Origin: an uncultured Actinomycetes bacterium
GTDB taxonomy: Bacteria > Actinomycetota > Thermoleophilia > UBA2241
NCBI GenBank assembly: GCA_963709345.1
Contig: CAVPVX010000002.1
Coordinates: 288,001-352,000, forward strand
Direction: 5' to 3'
DNA: 64,000 bases
Shown: positions 49,143 through 58,015 of the stretch, piece by piece
Layout of the letters: every line of letters starts with the position of its first letter
Position numbering within the stretch: the first letter of the stretch is position 1
Position numbers and translations under genes: made by a program
The notes under the pieces: generated by a model
The model's input: only the letters and a program-made list of their open reading frames with translations
What the model was told of the DNA's origin: nothing
Database searches by the model: none

Positions 49143-50288
49143 ATGAACGGCATGCGGATCGGTCGACTGTTCGGCATCGACGTGGCCATCCATCCGAGTT
49201 GGTTCTTCGTTCTCGTCCTCGTCACCTTCACGCTCGCCACGAGCTTCTTCCCCGTCGGCTACCAGGATTGGGGGCCCGTCGCGACTTGGGGCGCCGCCCT
49301 GTCCGCCACACTCCTCCTGTTCGGCTCCGTGCTGGCGCACGAGTTCGGCCACTCGCTCGTGGCGCGGTCGCAGGGTATCCCCGTGCGCGGCATCACGCTC
49401 TTCCTCCTCGGGGGCGTCGCGAGCCTCGAACGGGATCCGGACACCCCGGGCCGCGAAGCCTGGATGGCGATCGCCGGTCCGCTGGTCAGCGTGGCGATCG
49501 CAGCAGGCTCCCTTGGTCTGGCTCTCGTCCTGCCCGGCCCCGAGCAACTGGTGGCCGTGCTCCTGTACCTGGGGCTGGCAAATGCCGTCCTGGTCGTGTT
49601 CAACCTCCTCCCCGGCTTCCCGCTGGACGGCGGGCGCGTGCTCCACGCCCTTCTCTGGTGGCGGTCGCACAACCTCCTGCGCGCAACGAAGCAGGCGGCG
49701 GTCGTCGGCCAGGTCTTCGCCTGGGCGTTCATCTCCCTGGGCGCCCTCCAGTTGTTCGGCGGTGGAGGCTTCGGCGGTGTCTGGCTGGCGCTGATCGGCT
49801 GGATGATGATCCAGGCGGCGCGGGCGACTGCCGGCCAGGCGGAGCTCGAACATGATCTCGCCGGCGTGCCTGCAAAGCGCCTCATGACCCGCCCGGCCGG
49901 CTGGCTCCCGCCGTACGTGACTGTCGAGTGGGCGACCCACGACCGGTTCACCGACTACGAGTCCCGCTGCCTCCCAGTCGCCGGAGACGGGATCGACGCC
50001 GACTACGACGGGCTGGTGTGCGCCGCAGATCTCGAACGTTCGCCCCGCGACCGCTGGAATCTCGACCGCGTACGCGACGTGATGGTGCCGGCCGAGGCGC
50101 TCCCGTCCGTGTCCCCAGACGACGACGCCACCGCCGTCCTTCGAGCTATGCGCGATCGCTCCGCCGACCGCGCCGTCGTGGTCGACGAGGAGGGTCACCT
50201 GCTGGGGTTCATCGACCGGGCGGCGGTCGCGCGCTACACGCGCTACCCGCATCGCCGGCACGAGACGCCCGCTCCCAAGGCCGCCTAG
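49143..50288 (+). CDS. Site-2 protease (M50) with CBS pair
   Basis: HEFGH, AGPLVS, FNLLPGFPLDGG, C-terminal VRDVM...VVDEEGHLLG. Confidence 0.93.
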   Translation: MNGMRIGRLFGIDVAIHPSWFFVLVLVTFTLATSFFPVGYQDWGPVATWGAALSATLLLFGSVLAHEFGHSLVARSQGIPVRGITLFLLGGVASLERDPDTPGREAWMAIAGPLVSVAIAAGSLGLALVLPGPEQLVAVLLYLGLANAVLVVFNLLPGFPLDGGRVLHALLWWRSHNLLRATKQAAVVGQVFAWAFISLGALQLFGGGGFGGVWLALIGWMMIQAARATAGQAELEHDLAGVPAKRLMTRPAGWLPPYVTVEWATHDRFTDYESRCLPVAGDGIDADYDGLVCAADLERSPRDRWNLDRVRDVMVPAEALPSVSPDDDATAVLRAMRDRSADRAVVVDEEGHLLGFIDRAAVARYTRYPHRRHETPAPKAA

Positions 50289-50315
50289 CCTGTCCGCCCT
50301 CCGGAGGCCGCGATC

Positions 50316-52958
50316 TCAGGGTAGTCTGATGGCGACGACGGCGCAGTCGTCGGCGAGCACCCCGCCGGAGTACTCCTTGACCGTCTCCAGCAGGGCGTCG
50401 GCCAGGTCCTGGCTGTCGAGCAGGATGTTGGCGCGGATGGCCTGCCTGAGCCGCGCCTCTCCGAACAACACCTGGTCACGCCGGGCCTCGGTGATGCCGT
50501 CGGTGTACATGACGACGCACGAGCCGTCGGGCAGGACGGCCCGGTTGGTGGGATACGTGGCGCCGCGGAAGATGCCTATCGGGACGTTGCCCTCTTCCGG
50601 CATCGGGAAGTCGCCGTGACCGGCCAGCACGATCGGCCGCGGATGGCCGGCGACCGCGTACTCGAACATATGCCTCGCCACGTCGATGTAGGCGACGACG
50701 ATCGTGACGAACGGCTGGTTCGGGGTCTGCGCGATGACCGCGGCGTTGAGCCGGGAGAGGGCTTCTCCCGGCGACCCCTCCGCCGCATACGCGCGCAGCA
50801 TGTAGCGAACGACGGCGGACTGGGCGGCGGCGCCGAGGCTCTTGCCGCACACGTCGCCGACGATGACCATGAGGCGGCCGGGGCCGAGCGTCACGAGGTC
50901 GTAGAAGTCGCCGCCGACACGGGCTGCGTCGGTGGCGGCCCGGTAGTGGACGCCCACCTCGATGCCGGGTATCGCCGGCGGCTCCATGAGCAGCGCCTGC
51001 TGGAAGGTCTCGGCGATCGCGTGCTCGCGCTGGTACGCGATCGCGTTGTGGAGGCTGGCGCTGAGCTGCGCCGCCAGCGTGGCGATGAGCAGGCGGTCCT
51101 CGTCGTCGAAGCCGCCCTGCAGCTTGTCGGCGACAACCAGTACCGTCTGCTGCGGCGCCGCGTCGCCTTCGAGCGTCGCGAACAGCAGCCCGCCGCTCTC
51201 CCCCACCGGCGCCACGGCCACGTCGCCGCCGGCGAAGCTCTCGTCGTCAGGCATCGCCAAGGCGACGCCACAGCGCTCGAGCAGGTCGGCCTCGGCGGCC
51301 GCGAGAACGTTCGGCGAAGCCGTCCCGGACACGGCCAGGGAGCGCACCGCGAGGTATTCGCCGCCACCCGTCACGACGGCGGCGGCGCGCACGTGCAGCA
51401 GATCGAGTGAGCCGCGCGTCACCTCGTCGAGGACGTCCTGCAGGTCGGCGCGGTCGAGCCGCTGGTTGAGCTCGACCGCGAACGACTGCAGACGCTGCAA
51501 GCGCCGGGCCAGGCGGTCGCGCCTCTCGGTGGTGGCCCGCTGCTGGTCGAAGAGGCGCGCCTTGTCGATCGCGAGCGCGGCGAATCGGCAGATCGTGCGC
51601 GCGAGCTCGACCTCCTCGTCGCTGAAGTCGCGCCCCTCGCGGTGATCCATCAGATAGACGAGCGCGAGCACGCGGTCGCGGATCCTGAGCGGGATGAGGA
51701 GCTCGGCGTGATGCCCCAAGCGCTGCATGTACTCGCGCTCCGCGTCGTTCAGGCGCGGATCGCCGGTCGAGGTCACCATCACCGGCCGGCGACTGTTGAT
51801 GGCCAGAGCGCTCGTGGCGTAGTAATCGATGGGGTACTCGCAACCGAGGGCCTCCTGGGTCTGGAAGGCGCCGTCGTCGTAGTTCACGAGCGAGCGTATG
51901 ACTCCGGCATCGGCATCCACCTCGTAGATCTCGCAGGCGCGCATCCCCAGCGTGTCGAGCAGGCGCGTGACGACCGCCTCCAGCACTTCACTCATGTCGA
52001 TGCTCTCGGCGAAGTCGAGGCTGGAATCGCGCACCAACTCGAGGTCGCGGCGACGCCGGTTGAGCTCGAGCATGAGGCGCACGTTGTCGACCGTGACGCC
52101 GACGTAGCGGGCAAGGCCCTCGGCGAGCGCGACCTGCTCGCCGCTGTACTCGCCGTAGTCCTGCGGCCGGTTGTAGATCATGACGCCCACCTCGCGCTCC
52201 AGCGCCCTCAGGGGCAGGAGGAGCACGCGCTCTAGACGGATGTGCGCGGCCAGCGGCGCCAGCGGCGCGGCGTCGGCGGAGCTGAAGTCGCGCGTCAGGG
52301 CAGTGTCGGCATGGATCGCCTGCACCGCGAGAGGAACGTCGGCGTACGGCGCCACGATGGCTCGCGCGTCGATCCCCATCCCGAAGCCGGCGCGCCCCAC
52401 CCACTTTCTACCCTCGATGAGCAGCAGGAGTCCGTTGGTGGCGTCGAGCTGTTCACCGAGGCGTTCCAGCGCGTACTCGAGCAACTCGTCGAGGTCGTCG
52501 CGGGACCGGCCGCTGCCGAGGATGTCGGCGCCCGCCTCAGAGAGTTGAGCGCGGAGGATCGAGTGCTCGCTGATCGTGGCGAGCCTCTTGATGAGATACG
52601 AGAGCATGACCAGGGCGCCGCCCACGATCGCCCCATACAGGAGCACGAGGACGCCGTCCGAGTCCAGTCGTGCCTCCCAGAACAGGACGAAGGCCTGCAA
52701 CGCCAGCGTCACCGCGACCGCGAACGCCACCGCGCGTTCGTTGACGGCGAGCGCCAGGAAGACGAGAGGCACCACGTAGAGGCCGTTCATGAACAGGCCG
52801 GCCACGGACATGTCGAACACGAAGGCCGCGGCGATCCCGGCCGCCCCCGCGATGCCGCAGAGTACGGGATGTCGGCGCAGCCAGCCGATGGTGCGGAGCA
52901 GCCGCGGGTGGCGCCGCCGCTCCTGAGCGAACGAACCCTTGGTCTCCGCGACCGGCAT
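50316..52958 (-). CDS. Membrane multi-GAF SpoIIE/PP2C phosphatase (RsbU-like)
   Basis: TM segments, GAF domains, VGGDFYD, GDVCGK, AGHP, YTDGITEA, DDCA. Confidence 0.92.
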   Translation of the reverse strand: MPVAETKGSFAQERRRHPRLLRTIGWLRRHPVLCGIAGAAGIAAAFVFDMSVAGLFMNGLYVVPLVFLALAVNERAVAFAVAVTLALQAFVLFWEARLDSDGVLVLLYGAIVGGALVMLSYLIKRLATISEHSILRAQLSEAGADILGSGRSRDDLDELLEYALERLGEQLDATNGLLLLIEGRKWVGRAGFGMGIDARAIVAPYADVPLAVQAIHADTALTRDFSSADAAPLAPLAAHIRLERVLLLPLRALEREVGVMIYNRPQDYGEYSGEQVALAEGLARYVGVTVDNVRLMLELNRRRRDLELVRDSSLDFAESIDMSEVLEAVVTRLLDTLGMRACEIYEVDADAGVIRSLVNYDDGAFQTQEALGCEYPIDYYATSALAINSRRPVMVTSTGDPRLNDAEREYMQRLGHHAELLIPLRIRDRVLALVYLMDHREGRDFSDEEVELARTICRFAALAIDKARLFDQQRATTERRDRLARRLQRLQSFAVELNQRLDRADLQDVLDEVTRGSLDLLHVRAAAVVTGGGEYLAVRSLAVSGTASPNVLAAAEADLLERCGVALAMPDDESFAGGDVAVAPVGESGGLLFATLEGDAAPQQTVLVVADKLQGGFDDEDRLLIATLAAQLSASLHNAIAYQREHAIAETFQQALLMEPPAIPGIEVGVHYRAATDAARVGGDFYDLVTLGPGRLMVIVGDVCGKSLGAAAQSAVVRYMLRAYAAEGSPGEALSRLNAAVIAQTPNQPFVTIVVAYIDVARHMFEYAVAGHPRPIVLAGHGDFPMPEEGNVPIGIFRGATYPTNRAVLPDGSCVVMYTDGITEARRDQVLFGEARLRQAIRANILLDSQDLADALLETVKEYSGGVLADDCAVVAIRLP

Positions 52959-53127
52959 CAGCCCCCCTGGTCGGCCGGAGCGGGACGAGCCCGCGAGAGA
53001 CCCCATACTACTACCGCGTTGGGAGCGCGACCAGTACGGCCGGCGCGCGACCCAGCGGGCACTGCGCACGCCGGGTCGCGCGCTGGTCGCGCCCCTCGTT
53101 CATCGGCCGCCCACCTGCTTCGGCGGG

Positions 53128-53236
53128 CGGCGCCGGTCAGTCACCCGCGCCGGCGCCGGAGCGGCGTCGGTCAGTCACCCTCGGAGGCGCCGGGACGGCG
53201 CCGGTCAGTCACCCTCGGAGGCGCCGGGACGGCGCC
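53128..53236. repeat. 34-bp tandem repeat, about 3.2 copies
   Basis: Unit CGGCGCCGGTCAGTCACCCTCGGAGGCGCCGGGA at 53128 (degenerate), 53162 and 53196, partial at 53230. Confidence 0.9.
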
Positions 53237-53774
53237 TCCAGGCCTGCAGGCCCGCCCAGCCGGCGCCCGCCACGACGGCCACGCCGATCCCGATGCCCAG
53301 GCCGATTCCGAGGGCGGCGGCGGCCAGGGGACCGAAGAGCACGCGGCCTCCCTCGCCGACCTCGACGCGCCGGGCCAGCGCCACGCCCACGGCGCCGCGC
53401 TCGACGCGCACCGCCGGAGCCACCGCCGCCACGCAGGCGCTCTTGTCCAAGGTCACGTCTCCCGCCGCGACCACCCACTGGACCGCGCTCTTGTCCAGGT
53501 GCAGGTTGCCGAGAGAAGGCGCCGCGACCGCCGCCGACAGGTGCAGCGACGTGTCGCCTCCGGAGATCAGCGCGACCGAAGCGCTCTGGTTCAGTTGCGC
53601 GCCGCCGCGAGCGGTCGTGGCCAGAGACGCGCTCTGCTCGAGACTGACGTCGCCGGCCCGGACCATGCCTATCAGCTTGTTGTGAATCGTGACCTCGGCA
53701 TCCTCACCAGGAGCCTCCGCCGAGCCGCCGGCCGCGTCGGCCGCTCCTTCCTTCAGAACGTCTTCGTCACCCAT
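53205..53774 (-). CDS. Hypothetical protein with 16-aa repeats and a C-terminal membrane anchor
   Basis: GDVSLEQSA, GGAQLNQSA, GDTSLHLSA, GNLHLDKSA, GDVTLDKSA repeats. RBS GAGGAG. Confidence 0.7.
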   Translation of the reverse strand: MGDEDVLKEGAADAAGGSAEAPGEDAEVTIHNKLIGMVRAGDVSLEQSASLATTARGGAQLNQSASVALISGGDTSLHLSAAVAAPSLGNLHLDKSAVQWVVAAGDVTLDKSACVAAVAPAVRVERGAVGVALARRVEVGEGGRVLFGPLAAAALGIGLGIGIGVAVVAGAGWAGLQAWRRRPGASEGD

Positions 53775-53972
53775 GGTGCTCCTCTCGTCGCTTCTCCAGA
53801 GGAGCATTCCACAGAGCGGCGAGGGCTACGCACGTGAGCGGACGCCGACCGAAGCCGGGGCAGGGATCGCACGAGCGTCACGGCCCGCTCCCCGCACCGA
53901 CCGTCGCCGCGTTGCGCAGGCGTCGCATCACCCTGCGCCACAGCGCCTGCGGAGGCGCCAAGCCCCCCGCAG

Positions 53973-55427
53973 TCAGCGGCGCAGCTCAGCGTCTGCCGCC
54001 GCGAGAATCCTCGTGAGCTCGGCGGCCTGGGCCTCGTCGAGCGGCTCGGGCCGGTACTCGCGCCACAGCCCCTCGGCCCTCTCGCGCGCGACCTCGACCG
54101 GGTCGCGGAACGCGCCGCCGGGGCCGGCCTCATGAGTGATCGCCGGCGTCACCGCTCCGCGCATGTGCCGGCGCGTGTGCCTGTTGCCGAGGAAGTGGCC
54201 GCCGGGACCGACCTCGGCGATGGCGTCCAGGGCGATCTCCTCGTCCTCGAAGCCGATGTCCATCACGGAGTAGCGGGCGCGGTGATAGATGTCGTCACCG
54301 AGGATGAGGTGCTCGGGATAGAAGAGCGTGTAGACGTTGACGAGCCCGATGCTGGGCATCAGGTCCGACCCCTCCTGCGCGGCCTGCGCGAGGTCGAGCG
54401 CTTCCTCGACGCCGGCTTGCCAGGTGCCGGGCGCCGGCGAGTCGGTACCGCAGGCGGCCGACTCGGCGGGCACCCCCCAGTGGTGCGCGAGTTCCGTGCC
54501 CAGGGCTCGAATGCGGCCGTCGAGCGGGAAGCTGACGAAGTTGCCGGAGCGCGGGTCGGCAAAGCTCTGCATGGTCGAGTGCAGCACCGGCGCACCGGGG
54601 CTGGCCAGCTGCAGGACGACGGTCGCGGCGACCAGCTCGGCCGAGCCGAGGGCGAAGGCGCCTGCCTTGGTGGCCGGCGCGGTGGTGCCGAGCGTCGGCA
54701 TGGTGACCCACGTGACGGGCACGCCGGCGGCGGCGAACACGAGTGCCGCCTCGATCGCGTCCTTGTCCACCACGAGCGGCGAGATGGTGCCGATGAGGTC
54801 GCTCATGACAGGGCGGCGGCGTAACTCCTCGGCGCTGCCGGCGATGACCGTCGCCATCTCCACGGCGTAGCGGGCTTCGCGCTCGCCGTTGACCATCCCC
54901 TGCAGGTGCTTGACGGTGTTGTTCCAGCCGGCGTCCAGCTCGTGTAGTTGCGCCGTCTCGCCGCAGTCCCCGGCGCTCACGGTCGGCCACCAGAACGAGA
55001 TGCTGGAGAGGTAGTCTTGCAGCCGGGAGACGTCGGCCAGGTCGGCCTTCGTCGACTGGCGCCGCTCGCGCGTCGCGAAGTCGATGATCTCGACGCCGCA
55101 GCCGTCGGTGGTGCAGTACGTGCGGCCGTCCCCGACGGCGATGTCGCACGAGGCGTCGCGAGCGCCGAGGGGGAAGCTTCGCGGCGCCGTCGCCATCGCG
55201 TCGAGCACGAGGCTCGGCGGGAGCTTCGCGATCTGCTTCTCGCGGTCGACCCGAGCCCCATTCTCGGCGAGGACGTCGAGCGCCTTGTCGCTCTGGAAGC
55301 GGACGCCCACGCCCTCGAGGATGTCCAGCGTCGCCTGCTTCAGGCGGTCGAGTCGCTCATCGGAGTGATAGCTGAAGGTGAACGCCGGCTCGAACGGCGC
55401 GATGGACAGACGGTCGATGGGTGCCAC
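53973..55427 (-). CDS. Non-pyrrolysine MttB-family methyltransferase (intact, divergent paralog)
   Basis: KQATLDILEGVGV, TISPL, GTTAPAT, HHWGVP, EVGPGGHFL. GTG start after AGGAGG. Confidence 0.9.
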   Translation of the reverse strand: MAPIDRLSIAPFEPAFTFSYHSDERLDRLKQATLDILEGVGVRFQSDKALDVLAENGARVDREKQIAKLPPSLVLDAMATAPRSFPLGARDASCDIAVGDGRTYCTTDGCGVEIIDFATRERRQSTKADLADVSRLQDYLSSISFWWPTVSAGDCGETAQLHELDAGWNNTVKHLQGMVNGEREARYAVEMATVIAGSAEELRRRPVMSDLIGTISPLVVDKDAIEAALVFAAAGVPVTWVTMPTLGTTAPATKAGAFALGSAELVAATVVLQLASPGAPVLHSTMQSFADPRSGNFVSFPLDGRIRALGTELAHHWGVPAESAACGTDSPAPGTWQAGVEEALDLAQAAQEGSDLMPSIGLVNVYTLFYPEHLILGDDIYHRARYSVMDIGFEDEEIALDAIAEVGPGGHFLGNRHTRRHMRGAVTPAITHEAGPGGAFRDPVEVARERAEGLWREYRPEPLDEAQAAELTRILAAADAELRR

Positions 55428-55549
55428 GAGGCAGCCTCCTGGTCGCGGTCGCCCATTCATACCAGACCCTCCGCCTGCTCACCAGAGAGGCGATCCTTTC
55501 GAGGCTTTCGCCAGATCCCGCACGAGATTCGCAAAGACGCGGGCGACGG

Positions 55550-56188
55550 TCATTCCTCACCGCGCGTGACGTAGCGACGGCGTATCAGATACTGGGCAAG
55601 GGGGATCGACAGCCAGGCGTACTGCACAGCCTCCGTCCCCAAGGGCAACAGGACCAGTGAACCCAGGAAGATGAGGGCGACCACGAGGCCACGCCAGATG
55701 GAGAACCTGGTACTGCGTTCTGACACATGTGGCGAGCAGAGACGGTGACCCAGCAGGGCGTAGGCCGCAAGGCCGGAGGTCGCGAGGCCGACCAGCGCCA
55801 GCGTGACCGCATAGACGGCGACGGCGAGAGGCTGGTCGCCGCGCTCCCCGACGAGCGAGGACGTGAAGGGCTGGACGACGATGAACAAGAGCACCAGCAT
55901 ATTGAGCCAGATGAGGCGGGCGTCGTACCGCTCGATCACCGAGAACAGCCGGTGATGGACCACCCAGTACGTGCCGATCACGAGGAAGCTGATCGCGAAG
56001 CTGAGAAAGGAGGGCAACAGGCCGGCGAGCTCCGCGGCGAGATCGCCGCTCGCCGGCACCTCGAGCTGGAGCGCGAGCAGGGTGATGGCGATGGCAAACA
56101 CGCCGTCGCTGAATGCGGCGATGCGCGCCACCTCCCTCGACTGGTCGCGCGCCGACTCCCCGGTGACTGATGCTCTCTCTGCCATCAC
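55550..56188 (-). CDS. TMEM175 (DUF1211) potassium channel family protein
   Basis: RIAAFSDGVFAIAITLL, SFLVIGTYWVVHH, PFTS. Confidence 0.92.
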   Translation of the reverse strand: MMAERASVTGESARDQSREVARIAAFSDGVFAIAITLLALQLEVPASGDLAAELAGLLPSFLSFAISFLVIGTYWVVHHRLFSVIERYDARLIWLNMLVLLFIVVQPFTSSLVGERGDQPLAVAVYAVTLALVGLATSGLAAYALLGHRLCSPHVSERSTRFSIWRGLVVALIFLGSLVLLPLGTEAVQYAWLSIPLAQYLIRRRYVTRGEE

Positions 56189-56296
56189 GCCCTATCTTGC
56201 GCCCCCGAGGCTGAATCCCTGCCTGTCGCCGCGGACCCGGGCGGCGCTGCCGTGCCCGTTTGATCGTGAAGATCCTGTGCGCGTCTCGTCCGCCGC

Positions 56297-56323
56297 GCTA
56301 AGACTCGAGCCCGCCCCTCGTCT
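56297..56323 (+). promoter_or_regulatory. Putative ECF sigma promoter
   Basis: GCTAAG-N15-TCGTCT, the same bipartite motif as upstream of the ECF gene. Confidence 0.5.
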
Positions 56324-56374
56324 GTATGGTCGAGAGGCACGGGACCGCCGTGCCGAGAATGCTCGGAGGCCCAC

Positions 56375-56818
56375 ATGAAGAAGCTGCTCATCCTCTTGGT
56401 CGTCGTCGCGATGGTGCTGGTCGTCGCCCCCGCGGCCTTCGCCGGCAACGGCAACGGCAACGGCGGCGGGAACGGCGGCGGCAAAGGCGGCGGCTCCAAG
56501 GCGACCGTGGTGAAGTACTCCCTGAGCGGCACGGTCACCGCGGTCGGCGCCGACTCGATCACCCTGACCGTCGTGAAGGGCAACAAGGCGGCCCGTGCCT
56601 ACAAGGGCCAGACCGTCACGCTGAACGTGACGGCGGCGAGCCTCCTCTACGAGCGCACAGCCGATCGCGAGCTCGTCGCGGCCACCCTCGCGGACTTCGC
56701 CGCCGGCGACCGCGTGAACTCCTCGGGCACCCTCGACCGCTCCAACGCGGCGGCGCCGGTCTTCACCGCCAAGCGCGCAACCATCGCGCTGCCGGTCGGC
56801 ACCTGCCTCGTCCCCTGA
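56375..56818 (+). CDS. Secreted small OB-fold-like (DUF5666-like) protein
   Basis: Signal peptide ending AFA, Gly/Asn linker, GTVTAVGADSITL...DFAAGDRV. RBS GGAGG. Confidence 0.75.
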   Translation: MKKLLILLVVVAMVLVVAPAAFAGNGNGNGGGNGGGKGGGSKATVVKYSLSGTVTAVGADSITLTVVKGNKAARAYKGQTVTLNVTAASLLYERTADRELVAATLADFAAGDRVNSSGTLDRSNAAAPVFTAKRATIALPVGTCLVP

Positions 56819-56830
56819 TCCAGCGAGCGC

Positions 56831-56873
56831 GATGCGACGGCGGCGGCCGCATTCCGGCCGCCGCCGTCGCATC
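56831..56873 (+). terminator. Perfect 19-bp hairpin after the secreted protein gene
   Basis: GATGCGACGGCGGCGGCCG-CATTC-CGGCCGCCGCCGTCGCATC. Confidence 0.75.
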
Positions 56874-56936
56874 TCTCCCCCGCCGCGGGACCGCACACGG
56901 GCGACATCCGCGCCGTCGGTCTGTTACCTTCCCTCC

Positions 56937-57974
56937 ATGGAACAATCCGGTCCCACCGCCGCAGGGCGCCCCCTCCTCATCGCCAACCCCGCCGCCGGGC
57001 ACGGCCGCACCGGCCACGCCCTCCCGCACCTCGTCGCCGCCGTGCGCGACGCCCTCGGCGACCTCGAGGTCGCCGAGACCCGCCGCCGTGGGGACGCGGA
57101 GCGGCGTGCCGCCGCGGCAGTCCTGGAGCGGCGGCCGCTGGTCGTCGGTCTCGGCGGAGACGGCACCCTGAACGAGATCGCCAACGGGCTGCTGGCGGGG
57201 GTGCCGGAGCGGCCCGTGGACGCGGAGCGGACGGGACCTGCTTCAGGCGCCTCCGCACGCGGCCTGCCCGCACTCGGCATCGTCGGCACAGGCACCGGCG
57301 GCGACTACGGTCGATCGCTGGGCATCCCACACGAGCTCCGCGCGTACCTCGCCGCCCTCAGGGGCGGCGCGGAGCGCGCCGTCGACGTCGGGCGAGCCCG
57401 CTACACGGGGCCGGACGGGCGGCCGTGCCGGCGGTACTGGCTCAACGTCCTCTCGGCCGGCATCGGCGGGCTCGTCGACCACTACACCGCGTCTGCGCCG
57501 GCGCTCCTCGGAGGCCGCCTCGCCTACGCGCAAGCGACCGTCCGCGCGATCGTCGTGTGCCGGCGCCTCAGGCTGCGCTGCCGGTACGTCACCCTCGACG
57601 GCGCACCGCGGGAACGCGTGCTCGACGCCCACGCCGTCGCCGTCTGCAACGGGCGCACCTTCGGCGGAGGCATGAACATCGCGCCCATGGCCCGGCTCGA
57701 CGACGGCGTGCTCGAAGTCGTCACGTTCGAGACCCGGACCCGGGCACGGCTCATCGGCCGCTTCATGACCGTCTACGCCGGGACGCACCTCGACGAACCC
57801 GGAATCAGCCACTTCAGGTGCCTCTCGCTGGAACTCGAGCCGGAGACGAAGGCGGACCGCCGGCCACGCGCCGGGCTCTTCCCCCTGGACGTCGACGGTG
57901 ACGCGCTGGGAGACGTACCTCTGCGGGTGGACGTGGCGCCCGCGGCGCTGCGCGTGCGAGCGCCCCTCCCCTGA
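56937..57974 (+). CDS. Diacylglycerol kinase-family lipid kinase (YegS/BmrU-like)
   Basis: NPAAG, GGDGTLNE, GTGGD, NGRTFGGGM, DDGVL, DVDGD. Probably leaderless (TGnTACCTT 6 nt before ATG). Confidence 0.92.
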   Translation: MEQSGPTAAGRPLLIANPAAGHGRTGHALPHLVAAVRDALGDLEVAETRRRGDAERRAAAAVLERRPLVVGLGGDGTLNEIANGLLAGVPERPVDAERTGPASGASARGLPALGIVGTGTGGDYGRSLGIPHELRAYLAALRGGAERAVDVGRARYTGPDGRPCRRYWLNVLSAGIGGLVDHYTASAPALLGGRLAYAQATVRAIVVCRRLRLRCRYVTLDGAPRERVLDAHAVAVCNGRTFGGGMNIAPMARLDDGVLEVVTFETRTRARLIGRFMTVYAGTHLDEPGISHFRCLSLELEPETKADRRPRAGLFPLDVDGDALGDVPLRVDVAPAALRVRAPLP

Positions 57975-58015
57975 TCCCCGCCGTCGCGGCTACACGCCGA
58001 GACGCCCGGACCGGT

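Noticed and set aside
53128-53236. Possible mini CRISPR array
   Set aside because: The units are contiguous tandem copies without unique spacers, they overlap a stop codon, and no cas genes are present.
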